In this document: positions 1-10,420 of the stretch, in pieces
How the letters are laid out: every line of letters starts with the position of its first letter
Position numbering within the stretch: the first letter of the stretch is position 1
Made by a program: the position numbers and the translations under genes
Notes under the pieces: model-generated
Database searches by the model: none
Told to the model about the DNA's origin: nothing
The model's input: only the letters and a program-made list of their open reading frames with translations
Assembly: GCF_009914755.1 (NCBI RefSeq)
Contig: NC_060935.1
Source: the human T2T-CHM13v2.0 reference genome, Homo sapiens
Reading direction: 5' to 3' (one strand)
DNA length: 64,000 bases

Positions 1-939
1 AATAAAGGACATGTTGAATTAGCTCAATTTTTAATCAAGCACGCTCTAGGAGCTACCCAGGCCAACTCACTCTCTGGTCAGAGCTTGGGGAGGGGAGTGG
101 TAAGGGTTGGTGAAGGAGAAGACTATTTCTTCAGGGTCCACTTCACTCTACGCCTCCTCTTCTAGTCAATTTCTGTAAAGTAGAACCCCTGATAATTATC
201 ACCTAAAGAAGCAGCTTCAGGATGTATATAGACAGGGAACTATAATTTCCTACTCTTTCTGTCTCCACATTACCAATCACTTTGAAGCAATGAAAATTTC
301 AGAGTCAAATACTCAGCTCGTCTGTGTGTCTAATCTTTTAAAAAGAGAAAATAGGATTTGGATAAACATCTATGCCCCTCTTTCCCTCCAACAAAAATCT
401 AGGAGAAACTTCAGCTCACAAAATCTGATTTTAAAACACACTAAGAAAATAAAAACATGTCCTTTACATTTGATCTCTTATCTAGGGAAGCCAGGTTCCC
501 TCAGAGGGACTCTCAAGGCTGTGAGTCCCCAGTGTTTATTGTGTTTAGTGGGCCACATTGTTTCGTGTTCAGCTGTGAAATGCATTGAAGTACTACTGAG
601 TGGTCATGCTGTCTCTCTGGGACCCCACTGTCCCCTGTCTGTCAAAGTTGAGGGTAATAATAATAATCAAACATCAGACATCAGACCAATATTTAATCAG
701 ACAAGTATTTATGCAGCATCTTTTCTCTCTAGAAGTTAGAAGCACTTGACCAAACATATCTCAGTTCTCCAAAGACTGTCCTTAAGCACTAGTGCACTAG
801 CATTAGGGATATCATGTATACCTTCTCATTCAACTATCTCCTCATGCTTCACCCCACTCCTACCAGCCCCATTAAGAAATATACCTAAAACCTTTATGTC
901 AAATGTAATTGGCATTGGTGCAGCTTGACTTCTAGCAAG

Positions 940-982
<43 letters not shown>

Positions 983-1032
983 TCCTTCTTTCTTCTTTCT
1001 TTCTTTCTTCTTTCTCTCTCTCTCTTTTTTTT
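940..1032 (+). repeat. (TTTC)n / pyrimidine-rich microsatellite
   Basis: Visible tandem TTTC units. Confidence 0.95.
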
Positions 1033-2064
1033 AAATTAAGGTCAGAAAGAAAGGAAGAGGAAAAAGATAATGGCATCTATGCTCTGGTTAACGTTGTTCT
1101 CTATTAACCTCAGTGGCTACAGTATGTTTTGTATTTCTGTGGCACTTTTCTCAAAGGTGTCCCAAAGGATTTGGGGTTTTTTCCAACTAACACAATCATC
1201 TTCCACCTCAAAGTCTCAATGGGTGGACCAGTTGTCCCACTTATGCAATTATGTTTTGGATCCTTTAAAGTGGCTGATTCATTTCCCATCAAACTGTAAT
1301 GTCATGCTTTTTCTACAAGGAGTCCCAAACTTTATGCTTTCTTTTAATTCTGTTCTCTTTCCTCCTTTTCAGGGTTGAGTAAGGCCAGATTGATAAAGAA
1401 AAGATAGCAATCTTTGCAAATCTTTGCCTTCTCATCAATAGCAAAGTGATATTACTCAGGTCCTTTTCACTCCTTTCTCCCCAGGACACACGAATGAATG
1501 ACTGATTCCATCAGAAAAAGCATTCCACTCTTAAGAATCATACTGAAATTATTGCAAAGGATTAATTCCATAGTTTTTAAACAGGAGCAGCAATGGAGAA
1601 TATTTCCCAATAACCTGAAAAAATATATAACCATAGATGAAACTAGCAATGTGCTCCTTAGAATTATGTAATTTTAAGCTAGAATAGGCCTCAGAGATTA
1701 TGTAATAAAATATAATAAATTAATTGATGTTTATGAAGAGACAAACTTGAGAAGAAAAATTTGCTAAGGGAGTTGGAGGGATGAAAATACAGTACATAAA
1801 ACTTTGGTCTTAGAACTCCTCTTTGCTTTAATGCATAATCTTATTTGTCCTCCAATAACCTGACCTCTGCATCCTCAATCCTAGGGCACATTACATATGC
1901 TTGATTTATGAATGGGAGGAGGGTAAATCTGTTTGCTTGTGGGAGAACTTTTCTGCTATACCGGTATGAATGGCAGATCCCTCGCCCCAGCAGCCCCTCT
2001 TTTGCCCCTCCTGCTACCCATCCAAGGATTTTCTTCTACACCTGGGATATGTATGAGTGTGCCT

Positions 2065-2112
2065 CTTTCTCTCTCTCTCTCTCTCTCTCTCTGCCTGTGT
2101 GTGTGTGTGTGT
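2065..2112 (+). repeat. (CT)n(GT)n compound microsatellite
   Basis: Visible in sequence. Confidence 0.9.
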
Positions 2113-2706
2113 TGGTACATGATGGGAATCGAAGGTCACACACATCCTGGAATCCAAAGCGACCCCTGTCTGATCATTCTTTCCATGGTCCTTGCTCTAG
2201 TTACTGCCTCTATTTCCTGAACTTATCTCGCTCACTAGATTTCCCACCCCTTCTCTCTCCCTGAAATGCCCGGGAGCTCAATCTAGGTTTGCAGCCTGTC
2301 AAGGGCTACAAGAGGATGCAGATAATGAGAGATAAGGAGGGTGACTCCCTGTTGGCTACCCTTTAAAATCTGAAATTGCTTGTTTGAAGCACAGGAAGTG
2401 GCTTTCTTCCTTCACCATCATTAAAAGCAAAAAGAATAGAAAATCCACAAAGGAGGCAGAAACTCAGGGTGGTTTTGGATTTTATGTGGAGTGAAAAGAA
2501 CCATAAAGACAGGAGCACTGCTTTGCTTTATACACAAAGCCACACATGGCAAAGCAAAACAAACAAAACAAAACACATTGTGGGTTCATAATAGATACTG
2601 ATCATCAGAGTAGGTTCTAGAAGGGTTGAGTGAAACGAGTCACCATTGTTTATTCCCTTTTACTTACTTGGAGAAACCAAATCATGGCAAAATATTATTC
2701 CACAGT

Positions 2707-3098
2707 TGTATTGGTTTACTAGAGCTGCCATACAGAGTACCATAGATTTCGTGGCTGGAGCATCAGAAATTGATTTCCTCGAAGTTCTGGAGGCTGAAAG
2801 TCCATGATCAAGTTATCAGCAAGTTGATGTCTTCTGAGGTCTCCCTTCTTGGCTAGTCGGTGGCTGCTTTTGCACTGTGTGCTCACACGGGCTTTCCTCT
2901 GTAATCGCACATGTCTGTGACCTAATCTCCTCTTCTTATAAGGACACCAGTCATAGTGGATAATGGCCCACCCTATGATCTCATTTTACCTTGTTCACCC
3001 TTTCTAAGGCCCTGTATCCCATCAGCGTCACATTCTGAAGTATTGGAGCTTAGGGCTTCAACTTGTGAATTTGGAAGTGATAAAATTCAGCCCATAGT
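2707..3098 (-). mobile_element. MLT1-family MaLR solo LTR
   Basis: Typical MLT1 segments: gttctggaggctgaaagtcc, tcttataaggacaccagtca, cacattctgaagtattgg, attcagcccata. Confidence 0.8.
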
Positions 3099-3995
3099 GC
3101 CCGTCATCAGGAGCACAACCAAGACTGGAACCCAAAGTTCCTAATCCTAGAACATTAATTTGCCTTATGTTCATATCCTTTCCCCGGGCTAAATAATCTT
3201 ACAGAAGTATAGCATGTTCAAATTTGAAAGTATTTCATGATGATATAATGTAGCCCTCTCATTTGCCAAAGAAGGAAGCTAAGTCCTAATTGTCTTGCTC
3301 AGAATGATGGAGTGCATGGATGATTCAGAGGGGCACTGCCCAGATATCTTCTCCTGCTCTCCTACTGGAGTGCCCTTCTTGGATTCCAATCTCTTGCTGC
3401 TGTAACCTCCACACGAGAGTCTCTTTCTACCCAGGCTCTGCATTGCAAATCTATGGCCCAGGGAAGCAGCTTGGTATAGGCTGGCGAGGGAGCATAACTG
3501 TGGGGCAAGAACCCCCTCCCCACCCCATTCTCCCTTTTGAGGGGTAAGTTGGCTTTAATGAGTCCTCCCTGCCCCCAGCTGCCTCTCTCTTGCTCCTGTT
3601 TCATGGCAGCTGTTGCCAATTTCAGCAATTTTCTTCCGGTGAATTGAAGGCTCCAGGTGACAAAGGGAGTTGGCCATATCCTCCTGGAAAATAAGATAGC
3701 CTGGGTTCCACTCTCACCCCACCCCTGACCCTGGACTGGGTGGCTAGGGCTCACTTTCCCAGTGAGCATGTCACAACCCTTCCCATCACCACCCCCCACC
3801 ACATACACACACACAGCAGGCTTCCAGGTGTATGTCCATTTCTTAAACCCTGTTTGAAAGGAACTTCAGATTCTTCCTCAGTTCATTCTCAGCTCATCTG
3901 TTTTCCTAAGACCACCAAGATTTTGATCATTTGCCTAACCCTTGGAATGAGCACCCATTCTGGCTTCTAAAATCACAGGAAGAATGGGAAATAGG

Positions 3996-4031
3996 ACACA
4001 CACACACACATACACACACACACACACACAC
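3996..4031 (+). repeat. (CA)n microsatellite
   Basis: Visible in sequence. Confidence 0.95.
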
Positions 4032-4319
4032 ATGAGTTTCGTACAAAGCCTAGGACACTGGCCTCTCCATCTGTGACCATCTCCCAGGGTGCTTGGAAGG
4101 GGCATGATCTCTCTAGTTAAACCATTTATGCACAAATGAAGCAGACCCATGAGCACTGATTTTATGTAACCCTCCCTGCAAAGCAGAAAATGAATCAGTA
4201 TCACTCAGGTAAAACTTTCCTGTCAGTTTTTCCTTAATAACAATGTGACACTTTTGTTTTGTTTGTTTTATATTTCTGTTATGAGTTATTGGTTAGACAG
4301 AAGGGAGGTAGCTTAATAG

Positions 4320-4510
4320 TTGTTCCACTTCTCTGCCTAAGGATATCAGTGTGGACGTTGGGTGTCTAGCTGTGAACAAAACAAGCTCAACTTTTGCTTT
4401 CAGGGAGCTTACAAGGTATTGGAAGGAGACAAACATTAAACAGATACATCTACAAATAAGGATGCAATAACAACTGTGAAAATGTGAAGAAGGAAGAGCT
4501 TCAAATCTAG
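4320..4510. mobile_element. L2 fragment
   Basis: gctgtgaacaaaac...ggagcttaca...ggagacaaacattaaaca pattern of the L2 3' region. Confidence 0.55.
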
Positions 4511-4547
4511 AAGGATGTACCCAAGTGATCTCTTAGAAATCTCTCTC

Positions 4548-4645
4548 AGGAAAAGAAGGAAGGAAGGAAGGAAAGAAGGAGGGAAGGAGGGAAGGAGGGA
4601 AGAAGAAAAGGAGGGAGGGAGGGAGGGAGGGAAGAAGGGGAAAAA
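4548..4645 (+). repeat. GGAA/GGGA purine microsatellite
   Basis: (GGAA)4 at 4558-4573 followed by GGAGGGAA and GGGA units. Confidence 0.92.
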
Positions 4646-6399
4646 CTGAGGATGGTGAGATATTCGACAATTTGTTTAGTCCTCACTTTCTCTAATACAG
4701 CTGAAGCCTTCATTTTCAAGTCTCCAGGTTTCCTAAAGATAATCTATCTTCAAAATGCATGACATCAGGGTAGGATGCATTATCTGATATAGGAGCATCT
4801 ACTGTTTTATTTGCAGTTGTTTGGAATAGCATGCTTGTTCCTTTGGGAGGGAAGATGATCTCCCCAAGAATCCCAAGAACAAAAATCCGGGGCAGTGGCT
4901 CTAGTCCTTCAGGCCCCCCCCCTCCCCAGGCCCCCTGTCTTGTTTTCCTAAGCAATGGTCAGGAATGTGGGGCGGGGGGCAGCCCAGCCCTCTGTGCCCA
5001 GCCCAGGCAGCCCCAGTCACAGTCCCAGGCTGGCCTTTCACCTCATTGCTCTCCCGGCTGCTCTTATTAAGCAGCAAAATGTTTCAATATGTGGAACTCT
5101 GGGGGAGGGATGGGAGAGAAAAATCGGGATATTGTTGAGAAGGAAATAACGAATAACCCTGCCGCCAGCCCTCATACCCCCCACGTGGGGAGATCTGGAT
5201 GATAGGTGTGTTTTCTCCTGAAATGGAATCCTACTAATTGCCTTTTGGTCAGAAATGTCCAGAGCCAATTGGGGAAGGGGGTAGGGGGAGCAGGTACTAA
5301 ATAAATTTTCTCGAAGGTTCCAGAGCAAAGCAGTCAGGGATCTGGGTACCCAAGAAGGAAGGAAGAGAACGCTTGAGAAACAGAAGCCAACTCAGAGTGG
5401 TGCAGGAAGCTGTGGGGTTTGCTTTTGCTAACTGACATACTCCCATCTCCATCCTTACCTGTCACCTCTCCCCTGCCACCCTGCCCCCCCCCCCCCCCAC
5501 ACCCAGGTTAGAAACAACTGTGAACAACTCCCTGTTGCCAGAGATCCACAGAGGAGAGTGAGGGGTGGGGTGCCGCCCACCCCAAAGCACAACCAACTCA
5601 GCAATGCAGATTCTATTTTGTGGGTAATGGCCCTGGGATTGGGCAGTGGAAAGGGCCCATATGAGCATTGACTCAGAAATCTGAGCCCCATTCGAGTGAA
5701 AGAATGAGCAACGTTCCAAATTTTAAGAAAACACAAATTTGACAACCCAGAAACAACTCCTTAACAAGAATGCTTTTAAATGTTTGAGGTTTTTTAAATT
5801 AAAACCTCATAATATGGCTATTTCTATGGCATTTGCAATCCACTTTGCTCTTATAGATACTGCCTAGAAAAAGTGGATCAAGAAGAGGTGTATTCTCGGT
5901 GGTGGTTGGGAGGGCGGGCGCAATAGGACTCAATAAGGGGAAGGAGTAACCCTTACGAAAGAAAAACATAAGGGCTCAAAAAGTAAAAGATAACTTCACC
6001 GATATCAAGTTTGAGGAATGATTACTTGCATATCGATAATTTGGAACTTTCAAAGAATAAATAATCAGCTCAAAGAAGCCTGGGTCTGCATGTCTTCTTT
6101 TGGCTTCGCTTAGTTGTATGTCTTTATTTATGATATGCGTTCATGATTTCTAGCGTTCTTTAAAGTTTCCTAGTAACACCGAGTGGTTTCTAGAAAAGCA
6201 GCTGGGGGCAAACTGGTGGCTGTCCTGTAAGAATAATTCATCAGACAGCAGTTGGAATATTGATAAGAAAGCGGAAATCAAATTACAAGAAAGGGAAAGA
6301 GAAAGGAAGAGGGAGTGGGACCCAGAGAGCTGGCGGGAGGCAGCGAAGGGGAAAGCTTCAGTGCACGCATAGCTCCTGCACAGCGGCTCCTGCAGCCCC

Positions 6400-6600
6400 C
6401 CAGGATGCGCCTGAGCTGAGGCTGCTTGTGGGCAGGCCCTAGAGAGAGGCAAACTTTGACTCCAGGCACGCAGCAGGTTTAACTCCTCACTGGCTGGGTT
6501 CTGGGAGCTCTGGGCACACAGGATAGGCACCAAGAACTAACACATCCTGGAGCTGCCCGGAGTTCCGCTCCTGCGGGCTTAGCAGGAAAGGGTGCCTAAG
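6400..6600 (+). other. FLI1: Putative distal non-coding first exon of FLI1 (start approximate)
   Basis: Perfect donor AAG|gtgagt at 6600/6601 at the edge of a CpG-rich region. It is the natural partner for the acceptor at 7852, with GATA/ETS motifs upstream at 6249-6277. Confidence 0.55.
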
Positions 6601-7890
6601 GTGAGTGCCCACTTGCGTCCGATCCTCTGGGGGCGATGCAGGGTCGGGGCGCCTCAGTGTGTCTCGCTGCTTGTTCTGGTTGCAGTCGGGAAATGTGGGA
6701 CTTTGGGGTCTCCTCCTTTCTCCGGCTTTCTTTTTTCTCCTTCTTTCCTCTCTGTTTTCTTGTAAATTACACTTCGACTTTCAAAAAAAAAAATGTAGGG
6801 GACCGGTGGGGTCGCTGGGGTTGGGGGAGAGACTGAAGAAAGTGCGCCTGGGCGGAGGCGGCGAAGGGAATCTCTGGGCCCGAGGAATATACCTTGTCCC
6901 TGCACTAGTGTGTGTTCTCTTGTGGCTTCAGGAGCCAAAAAAAAAAAAAAAAAAAAAAAAAAGCTGGAATTTGTTAGTGGGGAGAAAAGTGCTTTATCAG
7001 AAACACATTGGCTGCCAGAGAAGCTGTGAGCCGCCACGTTAAAGATGGTTAAGAGAAGGAAGGAAAGGAAGAGGAGAGATACGGCCGCCAGACTGGGCTA
7101 AGTCAGGGAGAGACCCACTCACGCAGAGGCACCTGGCAACCTAGGGTGGCTTTTGCGCCTTCCAGCCCAAATTATCAGACCTAAGTAAGACTCTCCTGCC
7201 ACTAAAAATGAGGACCTGACAGTCATTGTAGCAGTCTCTTCCCAAAAACCTATTTTCTAAGGGGCCTCCACAGACCTCCCTAACCTTGCGTTAGTCTTCC
7301 TCCGTCCCCGGGCCACCAGCAGGGAAGAGCAGCGCAGCTGGATGCTGGCAGAGAAAGGGTGGTGAGGAAGTCAAGCAGGTCTGTGCACTGAGGGGCGAGT
7401 GTTGGCAGCTCTGTAAGCTTCTGCTCCTCAGCCTGCAAGAAAGGGGAGTCCTACCTCTGTCCTGGTCGCGTTCTCTCCTCAACACGCACCAAGAACTAGA
7501 ACATCCTGGTTTCCAGAACAAGCTGCGGGCATCCCCAGTTCGAAACTGCCCAGGCCCTGGGGGAGGCGGCAGTCTGATTTCGGGCAGGGGAGAGTAAAAG
7601 GACTGTAGGGAGGAGACCCAATGGTGTGAGGTGGCTCTCAGTTCTCACCGTCCCCTGGCCTGAAGCCCGGGGACGGGACTGAGGCGTAGGGAGAGTGCTC
7701 AACACCCAACCACTCGGACCCTCCCTCGCCGGACTAGGCGGATCTGAGCTTCCCAAACCCCTACAGTCTCTCCATCTGCATCCCCACTTCATCACCATCC
7801 CACCGTCTCTCCCTCGCTCCACTCGCGGGTAACCGAGGCTTCTCCCTCCCAGGCTGGTTCTTGGGCGTTCCCGACCCTTAGCTACCCACG

Positions 7891-7929
7891 ATGTTTCAGA
7901 CAGTCCCCGACACGTCGTCTTACATCAAG
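7891..7929 (+). CDS. FLI1: Putative alternative first coding segment of FLI1 (MFQTVPDTSSYIK), paralogous to ERG MIQTVPDPAAHIK; exon 7853-7929
   Basis: Acceptor cttctccctcccag ends at 7852. In-frame TAG at 7879-7881, then cccacgATG with A at -3, 13 codons, and donor AAG|gtaaga in phase 0. 8/13 identity to the recalled ERG N-terminal peptide. Confidence 0.75.
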
Positions 7930-10039
7930 GTAAGACATGGCAGCGTCTTTAAACAGGTGATGACCCCCAGCTTCTACCCCACCCGGGCCTATGGTCCCTT
8001 TTCCCTTTCCCCGGGAAAAAGGGGTAGGGGTGGAAGTGGGCCCTACTCTCGGCTCGTGGATCTCAAGCTAGGGCGCTCCTGGCCAGATGAGAGTGGCACA
8101 GACCCTCGGGAATCCTAGGTTGAGAAGCAACGCTCCTGGCGGCTAGTGTTTGGGAAACTTGGAGCAGGAGAGCCTGGCGAAGCCTGTGCAGGAAGACCGA
8201 GCAGCTCGCCGCGTCAGGTCCCAACGGGTGGGGTGCTCTGAGCGGCTGGCGCACAGCGTGTTCCCTGCATTAAGCGCGTGCGCGCGCTTGTGTGTGAGCG
8301 CGTCTGTGCATGTGTGCATGCGTGCGCCTGTTTGCATGTGGGCGTGTGTATGTGGGGTTGTGTGCGGGTATGCGGGCGCCACGCGCTTCTCCTACAGGTG
8401 AGACACGCGCTCAGTCCTCGAGCCCACCTTCTTTGGCCCCGCCCGCCCTTCGGAAGCGCAGATTGCTATATTTGACAGCACATCGAAGGGTTTTGGTTTT
8501 TTTTTTTCTTTTCCACAACAGTTTCCAAGAATGTAAACAAACTGAAGCTGGGACACCTGGGTTACAAGTTAAATGAAAATCCGCTGGCTGGGTGGGGCGG
8601 GGAGTGCGCACCAGGAGGCCCTGCTCATGGGAGGGGCGGTGACTGGGTCCCCTCACGCCATGCAGCCGCGACCTGACGCCCTCCGAGTAGGGACCCAAAG
8701 CTTAGGACCATCTGAGTCAGTCCGAGAGCGGAGGAGGAAGGACTCTCCGCAGTGCTGCAAACACCCGCATACTTTTCCCAGATCTCTGCCCCGCCCTCCC
8801 CATCCTGAAGCCCCGCCTCCAAGTGCTCCCCAGACCGGTCAGTGAGGCCCAGCTGAGCTCCCTCGAGTGTCGGGCAAATGCCAGGGCAGTCCCTGGCCCT
8901 GTGTGATGGGATGCAGACTCTCGGGTCCTGTCCAAGGATTGCCAATTATGCGTCCAACCCTCCTCAGATCTCTCTAAAGGAAAACTTGTCACACGGACGC
9001 ATCTTCCCGTGTGAAGCAGTCACTCGTCATTTCAGGAAGGGAAGGCCTAATCCTAGAGGCTTGGCCCAAAAAGGGGTGTTTCATTGACAATGCCTGAGTG
9101 AGTGAATGAATGAATGAAATACAGTGTAATTCATGTAGCAATAACCAGTGAATGGATGGATAGCAAAATGACTCCCAGGAGGTTACAGAGCATACTTTAA
9201 GGTTAGACTAAGGCGCGCACGGATTCGCTGTCCCCAGTTTTCCTGAGAAGTTTAGGAAGAGTACTCGGGTACTCCCACCACTCGGAGTACCCGAGCCCGG
9301 CAAGAGGAGCTCTCACTTCTAGCTCTGCACTGAGGATTGTAAATGGCCCCGGGGAGGGGAGCTGCAGTCTCTCTCCCACTCATAGGAACCCTCGAGTCCA
9401 TACACACCCCGGGACCCAGGACCTCAGGGATGAGGAGCCCTAGAGGGGCACGTGGGAGCCCCGGAACCCGACTCAGGCCACGGGTCAGGGACAAAGCGGA
9501 GGCGAGGAGACGGCAGTCTGGGAGCTGTGGGCCGCCAGAGAAGCTGCTCGCTGCAGGAGCTCTTTTCAAGGTGGAAAAATGGATTTTTCAGCAGCCACAA
9601 AGTTTGTATTGTTGCACAAAGGGGTGCATTGATGGCGGCGAAAGGTCTGCGTGGCAGGGACAATCTTGAGTCTGTTCCACCGGCTCCCTCCATCGAACAT
9701 TTGCCAGAGGGGCACAAACAGTTGCAGGCTGCCAAGCCCCTGCCGTTGTCCGGCAGGCACCCGGCTCAGGAGTTGTTGACAAACACCGCAGGCCCAGGCG
9801 CCCAGGCCCCATGAGGGAGGAGCCCAGCCTGGCCCCTAGGGGCCAAGGGTGCCGGCTCCACCGGGGTCACGATCTGAACAGTGGTCTGGGCTCTGAGGGG
9901 TCCCACAGAGAGGTAAAGGAGGTAATTGCCCACATAAGAGCGCTTTAGGTAGGAAAGGGGCAGGGAAGAACAAGGGAAAGGGAGAGAGGGAAGAGGGTGA
10001 CACTTGGAGACACTGACATGCAGTAGTTGATGGATAACC

Positions 10040-10420
10040 GCAACGACATTCATAGCTACCTCTCAGATCTTACCTTCGCCAGCCGCTGCTCTAAGCGTTG
10101 TGTCTGTATTAGCTCATTTAATATTAACAACAATCTTAGGAGGTAGTCCATTCTGCAGGCGAGAAACTGAGGCATTGTGAGGTTAATGTGATGTGAGGGG
10201 CAGAGCCAAGATACATAGAGTAATGACAAAGTTGTGCTGGCTGCCAGGCAAGTTCTAAAGGCTTATTTCGTCTTTACAACAGCCCTTTGAGATAAGTCCT
10301 ATTATAACCCCATTGTACAGATGAGGACAGTGAGGCACAGGGAGGTTAAGTAACTTGTTCAAGCCCTCAGAGCTAGTAAGTGTAGAGCTAGAATTCAAAC
10401 CTAGGTGCGCTAGTCCTCAA
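10040..10420. mobile_element. Two adjacent MIR fragments
   Basis: Core motifs gagaaactgaggca and cagatgaggacagtgaggcacagggaggttaagtaacttg...aattcaaacctagg. Confidence 0.8.

Noticed and set aside
7930-8118. Continuation of the 75-aa ORF past MFQTVPDTSSYIK
   Set aside because: ERG similarity stops exactly at the gtaaga donor; the rest is intronic read-through.
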